From assembly GCA_013265495.1 (NCBI GenBank), contig MU057801.1, positions 2,508,765 through 2,572,764 on the forward strand: a DNA stretch of 64,000 nucleotides, in the 5' to 3' direction. The DNA is from Vicugna vicugna. Its lineage: Eukaryota. Every line of letters starts with the position of its first letter. Within the stretch, counting starts at the first letter, position 1. Below the pieces are notes generated by a model, which ran no database searches, was not told the origin of the DNA, and was given only the letters and a program-made list of their open reading frames with translations. The translations under genes and the position numbers were made by a program. Below, one piece after another: positions 36,601-47,995 of this stretch.

Positions 36601-37834
36601 CTCGGGCCCGTCTGGACCTGCGGCGCCTGTGGGGCTGCGTCCACTTCCCAAGTCCCCGCGAGGTGGCCCTGCTTTCCCTTCTCCCTTGGGCAGAGCTGTT
36701 CTGCCCACCTGAGCGGGCACCTCCCTGCAAAGCTGGCCTGGCCGCACTGAAGGGCCCCCCATTTCTGGGTCACTGAACTCGGGGCTGGACAGTCCGCCGA
36801 GTCTCCTAGCCGGTCTGCAGCTCGTCCCGGGCGTGCTCCGGGAGACCCACAGGAGCCTCTCCCGCTCGCCCGCGCGCCCTCAGCGCCCCCTCCCGGGCGG
36901 GGGTGGGGGGAGGCTGGGAATTGCGCGCTTCGTTCCGTTTGAGTCCACGCCAGCCTCTCCAGAGCCCTTCTTGCCCTTGATGGGATGAGCCCCGGGGTTG
37001 CCTGCCGGCTCTGTGGCCAGAGGAGGGCCCAGCGTGTGGACCTGGGTCCTCAGGGTCTGTTTGTTTAATGTTTGTCCCTAAGTTCGCCCGCCCCCACGCC
37101 TGCTGTGAAGCTCAGATCCCTTGCTGGTCCTGTGCACCTGTTGGACGGACACATAGACGCAGGAGGTTCCATCTTTCGAGAAAGGCCAGACAGGACAGGT
37201 GGAGTTGGCTGTCTGTCCTTCTGTGCTTGTGGTGGCTTCCACGCAGGTCAGCAGACGGGGACCGGGCGTGAGGGAAAAGCCCAGCTGTGACCCGGCCAGG
37301 AGCCGTGGGCCTGCAGACGTCCTGCAGAGCATGCCGCGGCCGGAGGGGAACTGTGCCCTCTAACGCCACAGGCCCCAGGCGCTGCACAGGACATCCAAGT
37401 GCACTGCATGGCGGCCACCCAGCGAGCCCTCTCGGGCACCTGCCTGCTGCCGGCTCCGGGCGCGAGGCTTTTCCCAGAAGCTGGAAGCACTGTTTCTCTC
37501 AGACGCTGCCCAGAAACGCCGCTCTTCCTGGAATTTGTATTCAGAGTTTCGGATGATTCAGAAATAGATGTGTGTCCACATCCCCCACCAGCCCTGCACT
37601 GGGTGTCCCGGGGAGCCAGCCTCAGAGAGCCGTCCTCTGCCTGCCTCCCCAGCCCGCCCCGCCCGCCCCGCCCAGGCCCCTGCCCGGGGTGGACACACCG
37701 TAAGCACACGCTTAACTCACCCCTCAGGCTCGCCCTCGCCCCGCCTTCTCCTTCTCCCCGACACCCCTTCCACCATCAACACCGACTAGACACACACCTC
37801 CTGCTGACATCTCTCGGTAGCTTCTGAAAGGTCT

Positions 37835-38567
37835 CCACCCGTTTAGGATAAAAACTCTCCATGAAGCAGGAACATACAGCAACATTACAAAGGCCACACA
37901 TGACAAACCCACAGCTGGCATCCCACTCATAGGTGACAGACGGAAAGCCCTTCCTGGGGGATCAGGAAGAAGACAAGGTTGCCCACGGGCCCCACTCGTG
38001 TCGGCACAGCGCTGGAAGCCCCAGCCGGAGCAGCCAGGCGAGAAACAGAGATGAGAGGCACCCAGATCGCAGAGGGGGAAGTGAAGAAAGTCACTACTTG
38101 GCGATGACAGGATACTGTGTGTAGAAGACCCTGAGGACTTCTTATAAACACTGTTAGAAGTAATCGATGAATTCAGTAAAGTTGCAGGATACAAAATTAA
38201 TATACAGAAACCTGTTTCTTTTGTACACATTAATCATGGACCATCAGAAAGAGAAATTAAGAAAGCAGTCTCGTTTACAATTGCATCAAAAAATTAAATA
38301 CCTCGGAACGAAGGTAACCAGGGAGTGAAAGGCCCGTGCACTGAAAGCTGCGAGACATGAGAGGAGCTGAGGGGGACACAAATAAACGGAGAGGCATCCC
38401 ACGCTCACAGCTTGAAAGAACGAGAAGTTGTTAGGAGTTCCGTACCACCCGCAGTAATCTGCAGGTTCAGTGCAGTCCCCACCGAAACTCCAGTGTCGTT
38501 TTCCACAGGCACAGAGCGAGCAGTCCTACGTAAGAAAGACACAAGACCCTGAACAGCCAAAATAGTC
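37835..38567 (+). mobile_element. Old L1 ORF2 reverse-transcriptase region (decayed)
   Basis: catgacaaacccacagct, gatcaggaagaagacaaggttgcccac, the FADD motif remnant (gatgac 38103-38108), gaattcagtaaagttgcaggatacaaaattaatatacagaaa. No intact frame. Confidence 0.9.
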
Positions 38568-38590
38568 ACGCCCCAGGGGTGCTCTGGGCG

Positions 38591-38810
38591 GCGCGGTGGC
38601 TGTAACTAGCAGCCCTCGCTGTATATTTGAAACTTGCCGAGAGAGTAGATCTTCAAAGTTCTCATCACAAGGAAAGAGTGGTCATTACGCCCGGTGGTAA
38701 ATGTTCGTCAGACTAATCGTGCTCGTTTCAGAGCGCGGACCGGTGTGGAGTCATGGGTCACACACCTGAAAGTGGTGTAGTGTTGCGTGTCGGCTGAGCC
38801 TCAGCGCAGC
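38591..38810 (+). mobile_element. L1MA-type 3' UTR end
   Basis: tgtatatttgaaacttgccgagagagtagatcttcaaagttctcatcacaa is a typical L1MA 3' UTR. Confidence 0.75.
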
Positions 38811-39039
38811 AACAGCGCGGCTGCGGGACGGGTAGCTTGGCTGTTTCTCACGCTCGGCGAGCCCCGTCTCTGGGCACGAGCGGTGGGGTGGATGTCGGAC
38901 CATCCAGAGGGAAAAACAAGCGCCCAGGGGACGAGGATGAGGCCACCCGACTCTGGTGCTTCCCCATCTGCAGAATGGACGAGGCGCCTGCCCCCTCCTC
39001 GCTGGGCTTACTGAAGGCAAGTGGAGATGAGCGGGGCGA

Positions 39040-39200
39040 GGACTCGAGTCGGGGACGTGGGGAGGCTCAGCGCAGAAAAAGGGAAGACAGTCCGGAGATC
39101 TCCTTCACAACATGTGATGTACTGGACGCTGCTGATCCGCACACTTGAAAGCAGTCCAGATGGTGAATTTTCCGTCGTGTGTTTTTTCCACCAAAAAAAA
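39040..39200 (+). mobile_element. L1MB-type 3' terminus
   Basis: cttcacaacatgtgatgtactggacgctgctgatccgcacacttgaaa...gatggtgaattttccgtcgtgtgttttttccaccaaaaaaaa. Confidence 0.7.
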
Positions 39201-40393
39201 CAACAACCCTGTGTTAATTGGAGCGCCAAGGCTCTAATTTCCAGCAAATAGCTGACGTGGACCTTTCCGACGTAGCCGCAGGAGCAACGCGTCCCTGCCA
39301 CGTCCCCTCGGTTGTGTGTGAGTCACCAGTCCAGTTATTTCTCAGAAGCGTGTTCTGGAATGTGGCGCTGAGGCCCACAGTCAGAAACTGGGGCATGAAT
39401 TAATAACCAGTTTTGCACGTTCTGTGGGTGCTTGCCTTGTTACGTGAGTGAGTTCTAGGTCTTCGGAGTTCCGTTCAGTCTTACCATTCTCCAGAGTTCT
39501 CACTGGGTTGATAAAAGGGACAAGTGAGAAAAAAATGGAGTTTGTGTGCTTGCATGTCTAGCAGCCTCTCTAGATTTACAGGAAATCAGTGGCATGGCAG
39601 ATTAGCATCTAGCTTTTCGGCTTTTCCACTTTTTTTTTCTCTTTTTCCTTATTTATATGCAAAGTAAAAAGACCTGTTTAAGCAGCCGCGTGAGTACATA
39701 GGCTAGAAGTGAAGCAGCAACAGATGACAGGAAACCAGGACGCAGGAGCTGGTCTGTGGGTTTGTTTTTCTGACGTGGTAAAGCCTGGGGCGGGGTGCTG
39801 ACTCGGCAGCTCGGTGGGGTCAGGCTGCGTCGCTACCACCTCCTGGCTCCCAGGTGGCTGCTGCAGCCCCAGCCATCACATCCGAGATCAAGGCAAGAAG
39901 TGGGAGAGGTGGACAGAGCCCCCTGGGTGGCGTTTGCCCAGAGCCGGTTGTGAGGAAGCCTGGGGTGAGGAGGAGGATGTAACCTTTCCAGCCTCCTGGT
40001 GCAGGTGGGCAAAGGCAATACCCTGCGGTGGGTTCCCCACTCAGCCGGTGACTGTCCGCAGGTCTCCGTGAGAGGAGTGCCTAGGCATCCTGCGGGATGG
40101 GAGATCAGATGGTGTGTTTTTGAACGCAAGAGAGCACAGTGGTCTGCTGGCGCTGAAATTCTGCGTGGTGTCTGTGGGAGGGATGGCAAGCCGGTGGGCT
40201 CAAGGGAGGCGCCCGACCTTGGGCTTGAGCCGGGCGGCCAGGAGGAGGACTTCTACTCAAACAGAGCCTGGCTGCTCCGCTGGGTGACCCTGTGCCTCTC
40301 CTGGAGGTGGCAGATGCAGGTTCTGGGACAGCAGATCACGGCGGGTGACCTGCACCCCGAGCTGACGCTGTGGCCTCGGGTGGCCCAGGTCCA

Positions 40394-40680
40394 GGTGGTT
40401 CTCAAAGCTGGCTGCACGGTGGGTCCACTGGGGGACTGGTGTGCACACAGCCAAGGTGAAGACTGCAGACTGAGCTTTGGTGACATTAAAGGAGCAGTGG
40501 AGCCGGCTTTGCGTAGGGAAGCACCTGTTAAAGCTGCACGCGCTGAACTCCGGTGCGCACAGACCCCTGCGGGTTTGCAGACGTGCAGGTCCGGGCTCAG
40601 CAGGCCGAGCTCAGAGCCTGAGGTCTGCATTTCTGATAAGTGCCAGTGAGGAGGCACCGCGGCTCCCGGGGTGGTGGGAG
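40394..40680. mobile_element. MER5-like hAT-Charlie DNA transposon remnant
   Basis: gtggttctcaaagctggctgcac and gcctgaggtctgcatttctgataagtgccagtgag resemble the MER5 terminal and internal hallmarks. Confidence 0.55.
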
Positions 40681-41479
40681 GCACAGGGTCTCGGAAGATG
40701 GGGAAGGCATCCTGTCCCAGGTCTGAGCCCAGGGAGGGTCCCAGCTGCTTAGCAGGCAATGTCCCCACGTGGGGACACGAGGACAATGCTCACAGACAGG
40801 CTTATTCACCAGACATGAACTTGCAGAACCTGGATTTCGGGTCAAGAAACAGAGTAGGCTTTAAGTTTGCCTTATGTAAAATTTTTTTAAAAACCAAGTT
40901 CTTGGTGTCCCTTTTATTTGAACACCTAGAGGAAAAAAACAAATGCTGGAGGTGGTGACTGCTGTGCCTCTGGGTGCCCTGGGGTGGGTGTCACAGGAGC
41001 CGAGACTGTCCCCCAGGCTCAGGGGGGCGTCCCTGCCTGCCTGCGTTATTTAATGTTTCCACATCGGTGACGAGAGCTGTTTTCTCAAAGAAAGTGATGC
41101 AACATCTCGCAGAGGGACTGGCACACTTGGCGTGCAGTGGGGCTAAAGTACACATGAATGCACGTCCACGTGTGCAAACACGCTGTGCGTGTATACCTGT
41201 GTGCGTGTGAGCCCATGCAGGAACCCACGTGCGCCACCCGTCTCCTTCCTTCCGCAGGATCTTGCCCCGTGGGAGGTGCAGTAGCTTGTTTGCAGACGTG
41301 AGTTTCTCTCATCTCCCCATGCTCCCCTTTTGCTGACCCCCTCACGTCACGAGAAGTCCACTTCTCCGCCCTTGAAGGTGGCCTGGCCACCTGCTTGAGC
41401 AACACTGCTGGTTCTGACATGAGGGCTTCTTCTGGTCCTTGCCTGCCCACCGGCTTGTGACGGAGCCCCGACTGGCCTG

Positions 41480-41707
41480 TGGTCCAGCCCACAGCCACCA
41501 GGACCACCAGATGTGCCACTGAGGCTGTCCTGTGCCCTCCTGCCCCTATGGAACCCCAGTGACTGCAGCTTCACAAGTGACCCCAGGAGAGACCAGCCAA
41601 GACCTGAGCTCACCTGCTGACTCAGAGGACTGTGAGCAAATAAAACAGCTGCCATTTTAACCTACTATTTTGGGGTGTTTGTTACACAGCAAGTAATAAC
41701 TGATACA
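41480..41707 (+). mobile_element. MLT1 (ERVL-MaLR) solo LTR, 3' part
   Basis: ggactgtgagcaaataaaacagctgccattttaacctactattttggggtgtttgttacacagcaagtaataactgataca is a characteristic MLT1 3' end; may extend 5' to ~41350. Confidence 0.8.
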
Positions 41708-42567
41708 TGTGGCTAGAAAAAAGTGGACTGGAAAATCTCTGCCTAAAAATCTACATTTATATGAAATTCAATATTGCAGCCTATGGGCGAACATCGGCCG
41801 GGAGTTCAGCCGGCCGGCGGCTCTCCTGCGAGGGGGAGGCGAGGGCGGTGACTCAGCCGGGACTCCTGAGCCTAGGCAGTACCGGTGAGCTGCTGCGTTG
41901 TCGCAGAACCTGACCTGCCAGCGGGCAGACATCGCTCATTCTTCACTGACACCAAGTGCTTGAAGCAGCGCCCTGCAGCGCGACCTCCTCGTCATCGGCA
42001 CTCTGACCGTGTCCCTCTGTGACCTGGCTGTGGCTCCCGCTGCCTGGGGCACGAGGAGGACGGGTAGAGCAGATGGATGAGCACTAGCGCCAGGCAGTGC
42101 TGACTGTCCAGCTCCAGACCTCCCAGGCGGCAGGACCGCTGAGGAGGGCAGGGGTCCTCTGCGCTGGGACCCGTGGGCTTGGGGGCAGGCTCTGCTCAGA
42201 GAGATGGATGCTGAATTCTGGGCACGGGGCCCCAGGGGTGGGCATTTTGCAGAACAGGAGTTAAATATGGAGGAAGACCCTCCTCTCAGCTAGAAGCAGC
42301 TCTCCTGGGCCTGCTGGGAATGGACTGGGGCGCTGCTGGCTCTGGACAGGAAGGGCTGGCGCCGACCCCTGCATAGCAGGCAGAGAGCCTTCTCCGCATG
42401 AGTCACTGCTTCTCCTGCCGTGACTCGGCCCTGTGCACGGTCCTGGCGCGTCTGAGCTGCCTGCGGGGGCAGAGCTTCCTGCAGGGGCCCCGACGCGGAG
42501 CCGGGTGCCCGGCTCCCCTGAGAAGGAGACACTCTGCACAGAGGAAGGTCGCGTCCCCTCCCCACTC

Positions 42568-42680
42568 CTCACGCATACACATGCACAGACATATTCACAC
42601 AGACACGTGCACATACAGACACACGCACACACACGTACATTCACAGAGACGCACAGGCACACACTGACACACACACACGG
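42568..42680. repeat. Degenerate (CA)n-rich simple repeat
   Basis: cacgcatacacatgcacagacatattcacacagacacgtgcacatacagacacacgcacacacac. Confidence 0.85.
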
Positions 42681-43299
42681 GTGCATCCACTTCCAGAAAC
42701 ACACCCTGAACAGTAACTTGCCGCCGTGAATGTCACTGCTGTGGAGCTGCTCCCAGGGGCCGTGGGGGACGGAGAGCCTGGGGACGGCCGGGGACAGACA
42801 GCCTCAGCCCCGGGCTGTGTGCTTTATTCTGCACTAAGCAGCTCCCCGATCGTCCAGCTGGCGGGACCTGAACACGGCCCCCAGGCTTGGCTCAGCCGCC
42901 CTGTGCCCACGCAGCAGCCGGGGGCCAGGGGTGCAGCCAGAGAGCACGTGGGGGGCGCGGGGAGAGTCTCGGCCCAGGCTCCTATGTAGGTGATTCTCTC
43001 TGCTCTGCTCCCGTGTGACTGGCGGGAGGAGGAGGCAAAGGGGCCCTTCTGCTGTGCCGGGCCCTCTGGGGGTCGGTCTGTCTCCCCACTGCATGCAGGG
43101 CACACAGTTCCCAGAGAACTTTACGTGAGGCTTGTCTCTGCAGCCTCCTGATTTTGATTTAGAGTTATTTCACCTAAGATAGACATTGTGCTTTGCCTGT
43201 GAGCCCCCAGGACGGGGTCTGCTTGTGGCTGGGAAATGCAGAGGCAGGGGCTGGGGATGGAGGGGTTGGTGTGAAGGTCTGGGCCAGGGACTCTGCCGT

Positions 43300-43425
43300 C
43301 AGCGGCCCGGCTCTGAACCCTGGCTCACCCCCTCCCTCTGCGAAGTTATTCAACCTCCCTGTGTCTCGGTTTCCCCATGAGTGGAGGGGAGACACAGCTG
43401 CCCCTCGCTGTTGTCAGGATGATTA
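43300..43425 (+). mobile_element. MIR fragment
   Basis: gaagttattcaacctccctgtgtctcggtttccccatg and ctgttgtcaggatga. Confidence 0.55.
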
Positions 43426-44713
43426 CGGGACAGGAGGCAGGAGGGGCAGCGCCCAGCAGTGTCACCGAAGTCAGGCCAGCACATGATGGCTAACAGTTCC
43501 TCACATGGGGCCTGAGCTGAGGCCCTAACTGAGGCCAGCCAGGGCGGGCTTTGCACGGGGGCGAGGTGGTGCTGGGAGCCAGGGCAGCCAGGGTCCAGCA
43601 GGGCAGGTGCCAAGTCAGCAGCCCCGCAGACATTCTGTAACCTTGGAGCAGAGCTGGGGAGGCCAGATCCCAGGGGATCTCGGGCGACCTCCCGAGCCTG
43701 GCAGAGGGGCCCAGTCCAGATGGCCCTGGGCTTCCCTGGGGGCCCGACAGCGGCGCAGGTGCAGGTTGGCCTTCCAGGACAGGGGCCGGGAGAGGCCAGG
43801 CGGAGCGGAGAAGGGGGCGGAGGTGGAAACCGCACAGAAAATAAGGCTTCAACAAGGGGGTGTGCCCCGTCCAGCAGGCCCCGGGGTTTGGTCCTCAGGA
43901 CACCAGCTGACTGGCAGACGTGAACGTGAGCCCGTAGCAGTCAGGTCTGTGACCCCTCAGAGGGCACAGGTGGTGACTAGCGGCGTAGAAATACAGCAAA
44001 GGGTGCCTAGGGGCTCATGGTCTGCACGCGGCTGGGAGGCCAGGCACGCGCAGCGTCTGCTGCAGGACGTCAGGTCACTCTTGGCAGGCAGGCAGGTGTG
44101 ATGGAGTACAGAGGGCCCCTCGGACGCTGTCACCTGGACGTTCCCAGCCTGAGATCCTGGCCACGCAGGGCCCGTGCGGGGGGCAGTGGGGTGAGGGAGG
44201 GGCTTTGGCACCGAGCCGGTCAGGGACCCAGAACAGCTGTCAGGACCACTGCAGCCCGGGGCGCAGACACATGTGGGGACACACCCTGGGGGGCTCCGGC
44301 GGGGGCCGATGTGAACACTTACATTAAGATCAAACGATGAAGAGGAAACATAATGGTGACGCTGGCAGTGACATCGACTGGAGTGCGCTCTGGGGACTGG
44401 AGAAAGTCAGAAGCAGGTAGTGACTGAAGACGGTGGGGTCCCCCCTGAGTGGCAGGTCCCTGGGCACCTCCCGCGTTGGGCACGTCCTGGGAACACAGTG
44501 AGACAGAAGATGCCGCCCCTCCCCTCAGGATGCAGCCACTTTCCTCCGATGCAGGGACATTTTGGAAGAAAAAACAAAAAAGTATAAAAATTCTAAAAGA
44601 ATGAGAGACGCTGAGGGTGGGTGAAGGAGTAAAACCAGTAAAAACCTAAAGTACTCTGTGAACGAGGCATGAGACACTGTCACCCCCATGGACAGCCGGG
44701 GTACCTGATGCTT

Positions 44714-44933
44714 GGGGGGCCCAGGTCACGGGGGCCCAGGTCACAGGGTATCCAGGTCATGAGGGGACCCAGGTCACGGGGGTCCCAGGTCCCAGGGGTC
44801 CCAGGTCACGAGGGTCCCAGGTCACGGGGGTCCCAGGTCCCGGGGGGCCCAGGTCCCGGGGGGCCCAGGTCACAGGGGTCCCAGGTCACGGGGGGCCCAG
44901 GTCACAGGGGTCCCAGGTCCCAGGGCCCCCCAG
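44714..44933. repeat. 16-bp GC-rich minisatellite, ~13 units (CCAGGTCACGGGGGTC)
   Basis: Units start at 44721, 44736, 44752, 44769, 44785, 44801, 44817, 44833, 44849, 44865, 44881, 44897, 44913. Confidence 0.95.
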
Positions 44934-47390
44934 GCCCAGCCCAGCTCTGTCTGGCCTGAGTGGTGCCGTCTGTCACCCTGGTCTCCTGCCTGCTGCACCT
45001 GTGACCTCCGGCAGCCACAGGGATGCTGAGCAGAGCCTTCTCCTTCCAGGCGCTCAGAATGTGCTGCCCCCTTTTCTGGCCCCTGGTGGGCACCTGCGCT
45101 CCTGTCGGGGCCGAGGCTCAGCCCAACACTGGGCCCAGGAAGCGGCCCCCACGGCCCTGCCTGGAGAGAGAGCCGTCCTGGCTTGGGTGACTCTGGTCAG
45201 CCACGTCCAGAGAGGAGCAGCAGACCTCGTGGTGGCCCCACGCAGGACAGAGGACCAGAAGGCCTCTGTTTTGTGCTGAGAGTGGGCGGAGCCAGGCCAG
45301 CACAGCCCCGCCCACACCGCTGGGCAGTTGGGAGCAGAGCCCAGTCAGGTGGGCAGTGAGACTGACCGCGCCTCCCGCCTTCCCGAGTGTGAGCGCCTCG
45401 CTGACCCGCTCGCCCCCAGGCAGCCCCTCCCACCACCCACCGTCCACCGGGACCTCCGGCTGCCCCAGATCCTCTCAGCGGAGGGAGCGCACGTGTCCTG
45501 CTGAGTGGAAGGAATTCCAGGTGTTGGAGCAGGGGATGCTGGGTGGGGGCAGGGATGGGGTCTGTGCCGGCCCTGCCACACCGACCACCCCCTGCAGGGT
45601 TCGGGCTTTGAGGCGCTTTGCAGCTCGAGGCTGTGGAGTGCTGAGACGCCCTCACTGAAGCGGGGGAGCTCTGGCTGCTCTGCAAGACTCACTCTCCCTC
45701 CAGGTGCTGTGAGGTCGGCTTTGCTGGAAGCGCTCGGTACACAAGCAGACCTGCACCGCGCGGCCCCTTGTTCTGAGGCTCGCGCGCTCACAGTCATCTG
45801 TAAATCTCATTGAAGGTTAAATGCACTCACTTCCTGGGACGGGTTTCCTCCGGGGCGTGATGCCCACGTGGGCGCCCACTACTGTGAAGGCTGCTTCGTG
45901 GTGTAAGTGGATTTCTTCTAACTGGTTTTCCTCCCAAATCAAATATCCTTTGCCAACAGTCATCTCTTACATTAAAATAAGTTCCGGAGTTTCCAGGCGG
46001 CCTTGCACTGAAGTCTCCCTGCGGAGCTGCGGCTGGTCTGACTCCCTGGGCGCCCCTGCTGACCACGATGCAGGGCTCGGACGCTGTTCTAGTGGCCGCC
46101 TGAGTCCAGGGTCGTGGGCGAGGTGAAGCCAGGGCCCCGCAGCAGAGGCACGACTCACTCACAACCGGGTCAGGTAGGAGCAGGCTGAGCGGGTGGCATG
46201 CGCCCGGGCATCCCTCTGACCTGTGCCCCAGCAGTGGCTGGGCTGGTGGTGAGTTGTGAACCAGCCAGATGCCATCAAACGCTCGGGGTGCGAAGCGAAC
46301 CTGCACGTGAATCAGGCGTCTCAGGAAGCGGGGCTGCCGCCGTCCGGGAAGCCGGTTTCTCCATCCTGCTGAGCGTTAGCAAGTGGGCAAAGCGTGCGTG
46401 CGGCCCGAGGCCGGGCCGGGCCAGGCCCCAAAGAGACATCTGTTTGTTGGCTCGTTTAAGTCTCACAAAGGGTCATTCTACAAGATGCAAAAGGGTGATT
46501 TTTTTCCTTTAAAAATGGACAAATGCCACTGGAAGACGTTAACACCGTCACGGCCGGGGGACGACGCCGGGAGAAGTGGGAACGCCTCACGTGCCACCAG
46601 GGAAGGGCTGGGGACCCTCTTTACAGGAAGGTCTGTTTTCAGTCCGTCTTCTGTGAGTTTGCCAAGCACAGGCTCTCTGGGCACTTCCGTACCAGCTCAG
46701 AGGCCTGACGTGTCCGCTGGCAGACGGGAGCAGGTCCTTCTCAGTCTCTGTCTCCACCCAGACAACGTGCCCCCGTCATTTCTAGGATGGAGAATCCAAG
46801 GCAGCGTCCGTGTCCAGGCCACGCGGGGCATCACACTCAGATGCGGTTTCCACGTCTGCTCCACGAGGCGCTGGGTTAACGCACAGCCTTTAAAGTGCTG
46901 ATCACATTAGCACGTTGTCCGAGCGCCTGCGCTGCCCGGGGAGGCCAGCTCACGGGACGTGGGATCTCTGCCTGGAGGCCGGTGCCCGGGGAGACCCCTT
47001 CCTGCAAAGCAGAGTGAGTTACCCTTGTGATCTGTGCGGACGGTCGGCCCTGTGCCCAGGGCCCCGGGGGGCCCACTGGAGCGTTTTCTAATTAGTGAGG
47101 AAAATTGAAAGCAGAGGCAGATGGCTTACCGACTCTTCCACATAAACACGAAAAAAGTGAAAAAATGAGACTTCCGCAGGCTGGCACGCATCTGGAGTAA
47201 CTTGCAGCTTTTAGGAAACGAAACGTATCTAGTTGTCTCCTGCTCTCAGTACCTAGTGTGTTTGAGCATTTCGTGTATTTCAGTACGTTGCACATTTTAT
47301 TTTGTACTTTGTGTAGTAGTATGTGTGTTTGGCTTTGAGTGTTCCTTTCTAAATCATACACTAAACCTCTTGAAAATTGCTATTTGGTTG

Positions 47391-47668
47391 TGCTGCTGGC
47401 TGTGTGTGTGTGTCCCCTCAGAATCCATATGTTGAAACCCCAGCCTCGGGGGTGGTGGCACCTGGAGGTGAGGCTCTGGGAGGTGACTGGAGTCAGATGA
47501 GGTCAGATGAGGTCAGATGGGGCCAGTGGCCTTAAACGCAGAGGAGGAGCGAGATCTGTCTGTCCAGTGCAGGCCCCGGGACGGGTGTGTGAGGACCCTC
47601 TCGGAAGCCACGCTCGCCCCTTGGTCGTGGGTTCCGGCCTCCGGATCTGTGGGGGGACACATCTCTCC
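47391..47668 (+). mobile_element. MLT1A/B-like solo LTR
   Basis: tgtgtcccctcagaatccatatgttgaaacccc...ggaggtgaggctctgggaggtgac...ccttggtcgtgggttccggcctccggatctgtgg. Confidence 0.8.
47490..47519 (+). promoter_or_regulatory. Perfect DR4 nuclear-receptor element from a 10-bp tandem triplication
   Basis: GAGTCA gatg AGGTCA gatg AGGTCA; half-sites at 47500-47505 and 47510-47515. Motif seen directly; function inferred. Confidence 0.45.
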
Positions 47669-47854
47669 GGGGTACCTGACGGCAGCTGTGCCGGCCCTGG
47701 GTGGCTGCTGCGATGTCATTCGGGCGACACGGCTGAGCCCCATTTGTGGGCCCGCTGGCTGCACACGGCCAGGCCAGGCCATCTCTCTGCCCAGCTGCTC
47801 TCCCAATGGGAAGCTGCTTGGAGCACAGCCTGGAGACAGGGCTCTGGGGCCAGA

Positions 47855-47995
47855 CTGGCTGCGTTCAGAATCCAGCTTTGCACTCAGTAGCCGTCTGGCC
47901 GTCAGACCTCAGTTCCCTCTCCTGAAAAGGGCAAAGGCGGTGACAATGCCCACCGTACAGAGTGGCCGGGACTTACCGACTGTGAGGTGCTTGGC
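47855..47995 (+). mobile_element. MIR fragment
   Basis: gttcagaatccagctttgcactcagtagccgt...gacctcagttccctctcctgaaaaggg. Confidence 0.55.

Noticed and set aside
37835-38567. ADAR hyper-editing as the cause of the many A->G changes in the L1
   Set aside because: T->C changes on the same strand look similarly frequent, which fits GC-biased conversion rather than strand-specific editing.
44669-44959. CRISPR-like array or repetitive GPRS protein
   Set aside because: Units are directly adjacent with no unique spacers, no cas genes, mammalian context: a minisatellite.
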